From assembly GCF_000008665.1 (NCBI RefSeq), contig NC_000917.1, forward strand, positions 1,710,001-1,742,000: a DNA stretch of 32,000 bases. Direction: 5' to 3'. Below the pieces are notes generated by a model that was not told the origin of the DNA, did no database searches, and worked only from the letters and a program-made list of their open reading frames with translations. The stretch comes from Archaeoglobus fulgidus DSM 4304 (GTDB lineage Archaea > Halobacteriota > Archaeoglobi > Archaeoglobales > Archaeoglobaceae). Numbering within the stretch: the stretch's first letter is position 1; every line of letters starts with the position of its first letter. Below are positions 18,714-26,764 of this stretch, piece by piece. The translations under genes were made by a program, and so were the position numbers.

Positions 18714-20405
18714 ATGATGCATCACGCACTGCATATTAAAAATGGAATTGTTATCGACCCCAAAAACGGGGTTAAGGCGGAAAAAATGGACATCTTTGTC
18801 AAAAACGGCAAGATTGTTGAGGAAAGCGAGGTTAAGGGGGAGGATGTTAAGGTTATCGATGCAAACAACAAGCTCGTCGTTGCTGGCGGAGTTGACATGC
18901 ACGCCCACATTGCGGGCAGCAAAATCAACACGGGCAGAACGATGCGGCCTGAGGAAATGAGGGTTGTGAGGAACATTGCAGGAAAGTTCAGAGCTGCTGT
19001 AGGAAGAGTTCTGCTCACCTCTCCTGCAATAGGCTATGAGTATGCTAAAATGGGCTACACCATTTCAATAGAGGCAGCTCAGCCACCAATCGGCTCACCC
19101 CACACTCACGAGGAGCTTGATGCAATTCCGATGATTGACAAGGCTGCATTGCCTGTTTTTGGTAACTGGCATTTTGTGCTGAAGTATGTGGCCGAGAAGG
19201 ACATGGAAAAGCTGAAGGCCTTCATCGCATGGGCCATTGAGAGAACGAAGGGATTCGGTGTGAAGGTCGTCAACCCCGGAGGTGTTGGAGCTTGGATGTA
19301 TGGCGGCAACGTTACAAGCCTCGACGACCAGGTGCCGGGCTTCAATGTGACTCCGAGGGAGATAATCACCTCTCTCGTTAAGGCTACGGAAGAACTGCAG
19401 CTCAACCACTCAGTGCATCTGCACTGCAACCGCCTTGGCGTGCCGGGGAACTATGAAACAACGGTAGAGAGCATCAAGCTTGTGGATGGAATCAGAAACG
19501 ATGCAAGGCAGGTTCTCCACGTTACTCACGTGCAGTTCAACGCCTACGCTGGAGACAGCTGGAGAACTGTTGCCAGCGGTGCTGAGGCGATTGCCAAGAC
19601 AGTAAACAGCATGGACAACGTCACGATCGACATGGGACAGCCGATTTTCGGTCACGCAACTGCAATGACGGGCGATGCTCCCTTCCAGTTCACCCTCCAC
19701 AAGCTTACAGGCTCAAGATGGAGCAACAAGGACAGCGAGATCGAGGGTGGTGCTGGTATAGTGCCAATAGCCTACCTGCCCAAGAATCCAGTTCATGCCT
19801 TGCAGTGGGCCATTGGTCTGGAGCTCGGACTGCTGATAGACAGCGATAAGGTCGTTCTTACAACCGATTACCCCAACGGAGGGCCATTCACGGAGTATCC
19901 ATATATCATGGCGATGCTGATGAGCAAGAAGATGAGGGAAGGAGAGCTTGAGAGAGTCAGCCCCTTCGTGCAGAAGGCTTCAAACCTGCCAGCCATCGAC
20001 ACCGAGAAAACGCTGGAGGAGGTCATCCACATGACCCGCTCTCTCCCTGCGAGGGTGCTTGGATTGCCTCAGAAGGGACACCTTGGCGTTGGAGCGGATG
20101 CCGACATAGCCATCTACGACCTCAACCCGCTTGATGTTGACACATCCAACGACTTCGAGAAGGTCTACAAGGCCTTCAAGACTGCTGTCTATACAATCAA
20201 GGACGGCCAAATCCTCGTGAAGGACGGAGAGCTTGTTGATGAATACTGGGGCAGGACCTACTGGGTTGATGCGACCGGCAAAGCTGACATGGAGGCAATC
20301 AAAGACGACCTCAACGAAATGTTCAGCAAATACTACACCGTCGAGCTGCAGAACTACGGTGTGGAGGAGAGATGGCTCAGGAAGCCAGAGAGGATTGTAA
20401 TCTGA
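18714..20405 (+). CDS. fwdA: Formylmethanofuran dehydrogenase subunit A (amidohydrolase fold)
   Basis: 563 aa. Metal-binding HAH in GGVDMHAHIAG and further His/Asp motifs (HLHCN, VTHVQFN, TTDYPNG). SD GGGGTGAT contains the fwdB TGA. Confidence 0.92.
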   Translation: MMHHALHIKNGIVIDPKNGVKAEKMDIFVKNGKIVEESEVKGEDVKVIDANNKLVVAGGVDMHAHIAGSKINTGRTMRPEEMRVVRNIAGKFRAAVGRVLLTSPAIGYEYAKMGYTISIEAAQPPIGSPHTHEELDAIPMIDKAALPVFGNWHFVLKYVAEKDMEKLKAFIAWAIERTKGFGVKVVNPGGVGAWMYGGNVTSLDDQVPGFNVTPREIITSLVKATEELQLNHSVHLHCNRLGVPGNYETTVESIKLVDGIRNDARQVLHVTHVQFNAYAGDSWRTVASGAEAIAKTVNSMDNVTIDMGQPIFGHATAMTGDAPFQFTLHKLTGSRWSNKDSEIEGGAGIVPIAYLPKNPVHALQWAIGLELGLLIDSDKVVLTTDYPNGGPFTEYPYIMAMLMSKKMREGELERVSPFVQKASNLPAIDTEKTLEEVIHMTRSLPARVLGLPQKGHLGVGADADIAIYDLNPLDVDTSNDFEKVYKAFKTAVYTIKDGQILVKDGELVDEYWGRTYWVDATGKADMEAIKDDLNEMFSKYYTVELQNYGVEERWLRKPERIVI

Positions 20406-20409
20406 GGGG

Positions 20410-21123
20410 GTGATGGAGATGCTCATCATAAAGCCCAAAACCGAGTTTGTTGTCACAGTCGAGGCAGAGCTCACACCTGATCTGGCTGAGATGGACGTTG
20501 ATGAGGTGAAAAAGTTCAAGGTTTACTACGGCAAGGACTTGGTTGAGCTTGGAGAGCTGTTTGAGGTGACAAAGGATGGCGATGACAAGAAGCTTTTGCT
20601 TGATGGCGACTTCAGCAGGGTGAAGTGGATCGGCTGCAGAATGACGGATGGAGAGATAGTTGTGAAGGGCAGCGTTGGGGCGAACTGCGGAGCTTACATG
20701 GCGGGCGGAAAAATCGTCATCGAGGGCAACGCTGACGACTGGCTTGGGGCAGAGATGAAGGACGGCGAAATAATCGTGAAGGGCAACGCTGCAAACCTTG
20801 TGGGCTGCGCTTACTACGGAGATGCAACGGGAATGAGCGGTGGCAAGATTCTCATTGAGGGCAACGCCGGAAACTACATCGGCGAAAAGATGGCTGGAGG
20901 AGAGATTGAGATCAAGGGCAATGCGGGAGATTTCATTGGGACAGAGATGAAGGGCGGGACAATAATCATCCACGGAAGCTGCGGGTTTGTTGGAGGGGAC
21001 ATGAAAGCAGGAGAAATCAAAATCGGCGGAGAGTTCGAGCTGATGCCCACCTTCGTAAGGCAGGAGGATGCTTGGGTTGGGGATGTGAACGTCAAGGGAG
21101 AGGGAGTTGTTAAGAGGCTTTAA
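20410..21123 (+). CDS. fwdC: Formylmethanofuran dehydrogenase subunit C (beta-helix, G-rich repeats)
   Basis: About seven repeats of the G-N-A-G-x-x-x-G-x-x-M-x-G-G-x-I-x-I-x-G type. The GTG at 20410 and ATG at 20413 lie within the SD GGGGGTGATGG, so ATG 20419 (MLIIKPK...) is the more likely start. Confidence 0.9.
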   Translation: MMEMLIIKPKTEFVVTVEAELTPDLAEMDVDEVKKFKVYYGKDLVELGELFEVTKDGDDKKLLLDGDFSRVKWIGCRMTDGEIVVKGSVGANCGAYMAGGKIVIEGNADDWLGAEMKDGEIIVKGNAANLVGCAYYGDATGMSGGKILIEGNAGNYIGEKMAGGEIEIKGNAGDFIGTEMKGGTIIIHGSCGFVGGDMKAGEIKIGGEFELMPTFVRQEDAWVGDVNVKGEGVVKRL

Positions 21124-21124
21124 T

Positions 21125-21142
21125 TTTTTCTTTTTTGTTTTA
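21125..21142 (+). terminator. Oligo-T terminator after fwdC
   Basis: ttttttcttttttgtttt begins one base after the TAA stop (21121-21123). Archaeal termination typically occurs at T-runs. Confidence 0.5.
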
Positions 21143-21207
21143 TAAATTGTCTCTTAATTGTAAAAAGCTCATGATAAACCTTAAATAATTCCAGAAACAC
21201 CGTTTTT

Positions 21208-22737
21208 ATGGTTCGGGAATTCGATTATATCTGGCAGTATCTTGACCACTGGGCTGATGTAGATGAAAAATATCCTGCTATAAAATTCAAGGACAAAGAA
21301 ATCAGCTACGGTGAGCTGAAGGAGAATGCTAATCGTCTTGCGGCATCACTACTAAAACTTGGAGTTGGTAAGGGAGACAGAGTCGCCACAGTTCTCCCAA
21401 TGACACCTGAATATGTCTGCACTTTTTTAGCATGCTCCAAAATTGGAGCAATCTGCGTTCCGATGGATGTCAGGTACAGAACGGCAGAACTTAGGAGGTT
21501 TTTGAGTCATGCGGAGCCGAAAGTTATAATCTCAGTTGAAAGCTTTCAGGAGAACAATCAAAGAAAAATCCTTGATGAAATAAAGGAAGAGATCGGAAAC
21601 CCCGAAATTTTCTTTGTAGGGGAGTTTGACGAACTGCTTAAAAGTGAACCCTTGGGGAAAGCTGTAGAGCAAGAACCGAACGATGATATCCTGATAATCT
21701 TTACTGGAGGGACTACTGGTGTTCCAAAGGCTACACTCCTCTCCCACATAAACATAGTGTCAATGGCACTCGGCGAGTTAAAAAGTATTATCAGGTACAT
21801 CGGAAGGGAAGAGAGAATGAACATGCTCGTACACCTTCCTCCAAGCCATGTCGGAGGCACAACAGAATTGCTCGCAACAGGATTGGTAAACGGCTCGAAA
21901 ATGGTACTTATAGACCACTGGAGGCCGGATACAGTGCTAAAAGAGCTAAAAGAGGAAAAAATAGCGTTCTTTGGTGCCGTTCCTACGATGTTTGCTCTAA
22001 TCTTCTCCTTGAATGTGCCACTCCCGCCTGTCGAGCTTCTTGTAACTGCTGGCGAGAAACTGAATCCTGAACTCCTTAAAAGAATGATGCAGTGGTGTGA
22101 GAAGATTGGAGTTGGCTACGGTTCAACAGAAACGGCCGGCTTTGCGACCTTCTCTCTGCCAGAGGATGACCCATTGAAGTTCACCGAGGGTTATGTAGGC
22201 GTACCGTTCGAGGGAGTGGATGTGAGAATCGTTGATGATGAGGGGAACGAGCTACCAGATGGAGAAATCGGAGAGGTCTTGGTAAAGGGACCGATGGTGA
22301 GCAAAGGGTATTTCAGGCAGCCTGAAGAGACAGAGAAGGGGTTCAGAGATGGCTACTGGGTCAGCGGAGACCTGGGATTTAAAAAGGGGAAGGAGTTGTA
22401 CATTGTAGGCAGAAAGAAGGAGGTGATAAGAGTAGGTAGCTACACGGTGCTCCCTTCAGAAGTTGAGGAGGTTGTGATGAAAAATCCCAAAGTTGGGATA
22501 GCTGCAGCCTTCGGTTATCCCCACGAAATATATGGGGAAGTGGTATGGGTTGCGGTCGTTCCCAGAGCAGGAGAGGTAGTCAGTGAAGAGGAAATTATCG
22601 AAGCATGCAAGAAAGAGCTGGCAGACTTCAAAGTACCGAGAAAAGTGCTGATAATGGACTCCATTCCGCTTACGAGGCTCGGAAAGGCAGACAGGATAAA
22701 GCTAAAGGAAATCATTTTGAAGGAGTTTTTCGAATGA
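21208..22737 (+). CDS. AMP-forming acyl-CoA synthetase / fatty-acid-CoA ligase (ANL superfamily)
   Basis: AMP-binding motifs IIFTGGTTGVPKA, GYGSTETAG, YWVSGDLG and GRKKEVIRVGSYTV. Substrate cannot be read from the sequence. Confidence 0.88.
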   Translation: MVREFDYIWQYLDHWADVDEKYPAIKFKDKEISYGELKENANRLAASLLKLGVGKGDRVATVLPMTPEYVCTFLACSKIGAICVPMDVRYRTAELRRFLSHAEPKVIISVESFQENNQRKILDEIKEEIGNPEIFFVGEFDELLKSEPLGKAVEQEPNDDILIIFTGGTTGVPKATLLSHINIVSMALGELKSIIRYIGREERMNMLVHLPPSHVGGTTELLATGLVNGSKMVLIDHWRPDTVLKELKEEKIAFFGAVPTMFALIFSLNVPLPPVELLVTAGEKLNPELLKRMMQWCEKIGVGYGSTETAGFATFSLPEDDPLKFTEGYVGVPFEGVDVRIVDDEGNELPDGEIGEVLVKGPMVSKGYFRQPEETEKGFRDGYWVSGDLGFKKGKELYIVGRKKEVIRVGSYTVLPSEVEEVVMKNPKVGIAAAFGYPHEIYGEVVWVAVVPRAGEVVSEEEIIEACKKELADFKVPRKVLIMDSIPLTRLGKADRIKLKEIILKEFFE

Positions 22738-23176
22738 GGGCAGAGTAGAGCGCCGTCAGCACAAGCTCGCCCCTCTGATTTTTTACTTCAAGCTTGTAAG
22801 TAACAACTCCACTTTTTTCGTCGAAATCCTGCTTTTCGACAACCTCCGCTGAAGCCGCGATGGTGTCTCCGATGAAGACCGGCCTCAGAAACCTCACATC
22901 CTTTATGCCAAAAAACGCAATTACTGAGCTAACGTCGTAGTTGGAGAGGATTACTTGGTCAACCATTCCGAGAGCTATGCTGAGGACGAGCATACCCTGG
23001 GCAATAGGCTTTCCAAAAATGGTCTTCTTGGCAAATTCCACATCGGTATGCAAGGGGAAAAAGTCTGCTGTTAGGTAGGCAAAGGTCCAGATGTCCGTTT
23101 CAGTTACAGTTCTCGGCAACCCCTCTATTTTTTCTCCGATCTGGATGGATTCGAAGTAAATAGGATTTCTGGCCAT
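22712..23176 (-). CDS. MaoC-like (R)-specific enoyl-CoA hydratase / hot-dog fold dehydratase
   Basis: TVTETDIWTFAYLTADFFPLHTDVEFAKKTIFGKPIAQGM matches the MaoC dehydratase motif (D-x-x-P-L-H). The track start (TTG 23248) overlaps the USP stop. ATG 23176 sits about 26 nt downstream of TATA-like atatttata (23198-23206, minus strand). Alternative ATG at 23197. Confidence 0.85.
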   Translation of the reverse strand: MARNPIYFESIQIGEKIEGLPRTVTETDIWTFAYLTADFFPLHTDVEFAKKTIFGKPIAQGMLVLSIALGMVDQVILSNYDVSSVIAFFGIKDVRFLRPVFIGDTIAASAEVVEKQDFDEKSGVVTYKLEVKNQRGELVLTALYSALIRKTPSK

Positions 23177-23244
23177 GATTATTCTCGGAAAGTCCATTAT
23201 AAATATGTATTTGTTGGGTGTGCTATGGAAAATACTGAGAATCC

Positions 23245-24096
23245 TCAATCACACGGCACTATAAGCACAGGCAGGACTGAGTTTCTGATGACTATCTCCG
23301 CAGTGCTTCCCATCAGCAGTTGAAGAATGTTCCTTCCTCTCTTGCCTATCACTATCAGCGTTGCACCCACTGATGGGGCGGTCATGAGTATTTCTTTGGA
23401 GGCATCTCCGCTATGAACCACAACCTCGGACGGAAAGTCAAGTTTTTCGGCAATTTCCTTCAGTTTCTGTGTTGCTTTCTGTATGTTTTCCTCCACCTCA
23501 CTCTCCTTTCCGTAGTCAACGACGTGCAATAAAATCGCTTCCTTAACGAGCTCTTTGAAAAGTTCAGTAGTCTGTATTATTTTTTCTGTGCACTTCGAGA
23601 AGTCCAAAGCAAACAGTGGACGGTCAAAGACTCTCCTCGCATCCCAGTAGCACTTAACGGCTTTTTTACCTCTATCCCACTCATATCTAACCAGCAGAAC
23701 CGGTTTCTTTGCGACTCTGGCGACATTGGCAGCGGTGGAGCCGATAAGCATTTCCCTAATTATGTTCTCTCCTTTCATGGGCATGTAAATCAAATCCACA
23801 TTTTCCTCCTCTGCAATCTTCGCAATCTCCAATGCTGGAGTTCCAAGCCTTACGACCCTCTCGCGTTTATCCCCATCTCTCTGAACTCTTCGGCAATTTT
23901 CTCTATCATATCCGTGTACTTTTTTCAAGCTTTTCTGCAACTTCAAGCTCCTGAGGAGATTGCAGGTCAACATCAAGCGCGTGAAAGAGAATGAGCTCGT
24001 GAGTGCGCCCGTGGAAAAGAATTTCGGAATGCAGTTACCGAACGCATACTCCGAAACCACAGAGAAATCGACAGGAAACAGGACTTTCTTTATCAC
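23245..24096 (-). CDS. Tandem universal stress protein (2 x UspA domains); the N-terminal domain carries three mutually compensating frameshifts (possible pseudogene or sequence errors)
   Basis: GTG start lies 5 nt after GGAGGTG. The C-terminal domain is intact (ILLHVVDYG...LIVIGKRGRN...GSTAEIVIRNSVLPVLIVP). In the N-terminal domain, codons about 25-80 in the ORF frame read as non-USP sequence, while USP-like sequence continues in the other two frames (see findings). Confidence 0.8.
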   Translation of the reverse strand: MIKKVLFPVDFSVVSEYAFGNCIPKFFSTGALTSSFSFTRLMLTCNLLRSLKLQKSLKKVHGYDRENCRRVQRDGDKRERVVRLGTPALEIAKIAEEENVDLIYMPMKGENIIREMLIGSTAANVARVAKKPVLLVRYEWDRGKKAVKCYWDARRVFDRPLFALDFSKCTEKIIQTTELFKELVKEAILLHVVDYGKESEVEENIQKATQKLKEIAEKLDFPSEVVVHSGDASKEILMTAPSVGATLIVIGKRGRNILQLLMGSTAEIVIRNSVLPVLIVPCD

Positions 24097-24150
24097 AATG
24101 CCACCTCCTTGTAAAGGTTTAAAACTTAAAAATTTTCCGACAGAGTCACG

Positions 24151-24174
24151 ATTAAAAAGGAAAATAAAAAAGAG
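24151..24174 (-). terminator. Oligo-T terminator after mch
   Basis: Minus strand reads ctcttttttattttcctttttaat directly after the mch TAA. Confidence 0.45.
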
Positions 24175-25125
24175 TTATTCTTCCAGAACAATCTGGTATG
24201 ACTGGAAGAGCACTTCTGCGTTCAGCTTTCCGTGGACGTAAGTTTTGCCAGTCTCAAGGTCGTTTACCGCAATCTGCGCTGGTGCGAAGAGGTTGGGGTC
24301 AATCTTGTAGAAGTCGTAGTTGGCTGCCTTAAAGATTTCATAGAAAGGCTTACCGTAATCTCTGCTCGTGCAGCTCGGTACGTTCTTCAGGATTTCGTCG
24401 TATTTCTTCACGGTTAGGAAAACGCTTCCGTAATACATCATGCTGTCGTTGGTGGAGCCCATGGCTTTCAAGTCGTTCTCAAGAATTGGCGAAATTGGAC
24501 ACCTCCCGGCTCCGCTGACGATTAGCTTTGGATCATATCCTATTTCGTTCATCTTGAAAATTGCGGTCTCAACAATTCTTCCTGAAATCTGCACGCTTCC
24601 CACAATCGAGGCTGTGGGGGCAACTAGGGCGTAGACGTTCTCAGGGTCGACGTCACACTCTTTGGCAATGAACTCCATAACCTTCTCGTCGGGAAGCTGG
24701 TTAGCTTCGAGAGCAATAACTGCAACATCGGCATCATCTTCATACTCAATTCTCTCGTAGGTTTTCTTTGGCTTCAGGGCGAGGGCTCTTGCAGGGCCAC
24801 TTCCCATTGCGAAGTACTTGTCGACCTTTATCTGCCATCCGGCCTTCTGGCTGCCGAGACAGGCTATAGCCGGATGGTCGGTGTACTCCGTAACGAAGGC
24901 GAAGGGCACGTCGTTGATGGTGTCAACGACAATATCGACGTCCGCCAAGCCACCCATGCAGACCTGTGTGTACATTATTCCAGCATCGTAACTTCCCGGT
25001 ACGTTCACTCCGCAGTCCACAACAATAGCGCCATTTTCAAGCTTTTTAGACTCAATTCTCAGCTCCTCTTCATAATCCAGCATGTCTTCAACGATTTCTG
25101 CTGCAATCTCATTTACGCTTAACAT
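24175..25125 (-). CDS. mch: Methenyltetrahydromethanopterin cyclohydrolase
   Basis: 316 aa. MLSVNEIA...[30 protein letters not shown]...[12 protein letters not shown]...[12 protein letters not shown] is recognisably Mch. SD GAGGTGG lies 4 nt upstream of the ATG. Confidence 0.93.
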
Positions 25126-25174
25126 TTTACCACCTCAAAAGACCACTAACATTGGAGTTTTTATTTTTTATCTT

Positions 25175-25858
25175 TTAATCTTCTTCACTCTCAAACCACC
25201 CGACAATATCCTTAGAGCCCATCAGCTTCAGGTACTCCTTGAGCATTCGCGGAAATTTTGCGGCCTCAACAAACCTCAAACCGAGCCTCTCGCTCCACTT
25301 CCTTATTCCGGCATCGCTGCTGACAACCCCCGCCTCCAGTTCCTTGGCCAGAAGGAGAACATCCAAGTCGGGAGCGCTGTCGAGAATGCCTTGCCTCATC
25401 ACCGCTCTGTACTTGTCCCTGAATTTGGAGATGAGAGCACCAATCTCCTCCTCAATCTTGCTCTTATCTTCAAGTTTCGCCGTAATGGCGGAGGATTCGA
25501 GAATGTACTCCTCGGCAAGCCTTCTCCCTCTGTTCATTTTCTGCCTTACAGTGATTATGTACTCGTAAAATATCGCCGCCGGAATTTTAACCTCATACCT
25601 GTTCGGGGTTTTTTTAACAAGCCACGTGTCGAGCTTTGTGAATATCTCCTCATCGCAACCATATCTTTTCAAAAAGCTCGTTAATTCGGTGTAAACGGAG
25701 GGATAGGGGATGTAACAGCTAATGTCCAGCTTGAGCCTTGCAAGAGCGATGAGGTCCAAAACCTCCGCAGCGGACTCACACAGGGACTCGTAGCCTTCCT
25801 TGATTCTCAGCCCCGCATCCGTTATAGCCGTAGTGTCGAGAACGAACCTCTGCCTCAT
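25175..25858 (-). CDS. PIN-like protein of the HARP / UPF0278 family (homologue of Aquifex protein-only RNase P; 'RNA ligase partner' MJ0950 family)
   Basis: FVLDTTA at the N-terminus, then PSVYTEL, IPAAIFYEYIITVRQKMNRGRRLAEE and KFRDKYRAVMRQGILDSAPDLDVLLLAKELEAGVVSSDAGIRKW. These track block by block the conserved parts of Aq_880/UPF0278 as I recall them. Confidence 0.8.
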   Translation of the reverse strand: MRQRFVLDTTAITDAGLRIKEGYESLCESAAEVLDLIALARLKLDISCYIPYPSVYTELTSFLKRYGCDEEIFTKLDTWLVKKTPNRYEVKIPAAIFYEYIITVRQKMNRGRRLAEEYILESSAITAKLEDKSKIEEEIGALISKFRDKYRAVMRQGILDSAPDLDVLLLAKELEAGVVSSDAGIRKWSERLGLRFVEAAKFPRMLKEYLKLMGSKDIVGWFESEED

Positions 25859-25893
25859 TCATTGGAAATATACACGACAATATAAGTACTTTC

Positions 25894-26652
25894 TCATGGA
25901 CACAGGGCTTTGAAAAGCCTCTTTCCTGCAACAAGTTCCCTTCTCTCTCCCTCAAAACTGTCAATCCAAACCGAGAGCGCTTCAGAAATCTCAACAAAGC
26001 TTTTGGATGACTCACTCATCGGTGAGGAGAAGATAACCGGCCTGCCGGAAGCCATCGCCTTTTTAATGGCTTCATCGTATGGGATCTCTGCGATTACGTT
26101 ACCTATGAGTGCTTCGACATCATCAATCTCCACCTCCCCCTCCTCCACCTTGTTTAGCACAACACCGGCAAAGTCAGCCTTCAGCTTTTCAATAATCCTG
26201 GGTAACGGTAATGCAGCCTCCAATGATGCAGCCTCCGGCTTAATCACCAGTAAAACCGAGGTGGCTGCGTAGATTGCCAGAACGGAGTCATGGCAAAGAC
26301 CACCCGGAACATCGAGGAAAAGCACGTCCGCCGACTCCTCAACCCTTTCGAGTAAATCCCTCAAATTTGCTTTTCTAAACTCCTTGATGCTCATACCTGC
26401 AGGTATAACCTCCACTCCCGAAATTCCGCTGTAAAAGATGTCATCGACAGAAGCAAATCCGTCGATTACATTCTTGGCCGTGAGAGGGACGTCATCGACT
26501 TTGCAGAGAGAGGATAGTGCTGGTAAAGATGGGTCGAAATCGATAACGGCAACTCTGTAATCTTTTTGAGCCATTAAAACCGACAAATTAACTGTCAGCG
26601 TGCTTTTTCCCTCAGACTCTTTTCCTGAGACTGCCGCCAAAACTTCCCTCAT
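25894..26652 (-). CDS. MinD/ParA-family P-loop ATPase with an atypical Walker A
   Basis: From ATG 26652: MREVLAAVSGKESEGKSTLTVNLSVLMAQKDYRVAVIDFDP, then VLFLDVPGG (Walker B-like). The 97-codon N-terminal extension in the track (to 26946) runs through the promoter spacer and into the divergent ACD gene, so it was trimmed. Confidence 0.8.
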   Translation of the reverse strand: MREVLAAVSGKESEGKSTLTVNLSVLMAQKDYRVAVIDFDPSLPALSSLCKVDDVPLTAKNVIDGFASVDDIFYSGISGVEVIPAGMSIKEFRKANLRDLLERVEESADVLFLDVPGGLCHDSVLAIYAATSVLLVIKPEAASLEAALPLPRIIEKLKADFAGVVLNKVEEGEVEIDDVEALIGNVIAEIPYDEAIKKAMASGRPVIFSSPMSESSKSFVEISEALSVWIDSFEGERRELVAGKRLFKALCP

Positions 26653-26764
26653 CGATAATGTCTTATTTTTAAAATAATTAAATTTTTTGTATTGCTGCTG
26701 AACTGCCATAAAGAGCGAGAAATCATCTGAAAAGCATTTTAAATCCCTAATTCCACCAGCCTTC
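26653..26764. promoter_or_regulatory. Divergent promoter spacer (MinD-like gene <-> ADP-forming acyl-CoA synthetase)
   Basis: 112-nt AT-rich spacer. ttttaaat (26737-26744) is about 25 nt upstream of ATG 26765. attattttaaaaat on the minus strand (about 26665-26682) is about 25 nt upstream of ATG 26652. Confidence 0.5.

Noticed and set aside
20560-21060. Periodic DNA repeat signal in fwdC.
   Set aside because: It reflects the protein-level G-rich beta-helix repeats typical of FwdC and the glutamate-synthase C-terminal domain. It is not a DNA repeat element.
23854-24028. Programmed ribosomal frameshifting in the USP gene.
   Set aside because: It would need three separate -1-type events within 170 nt. 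No slippery heptamer or downstream structure is apparent at any of the sites. Homopolymer indels or errors explain the pattern better.
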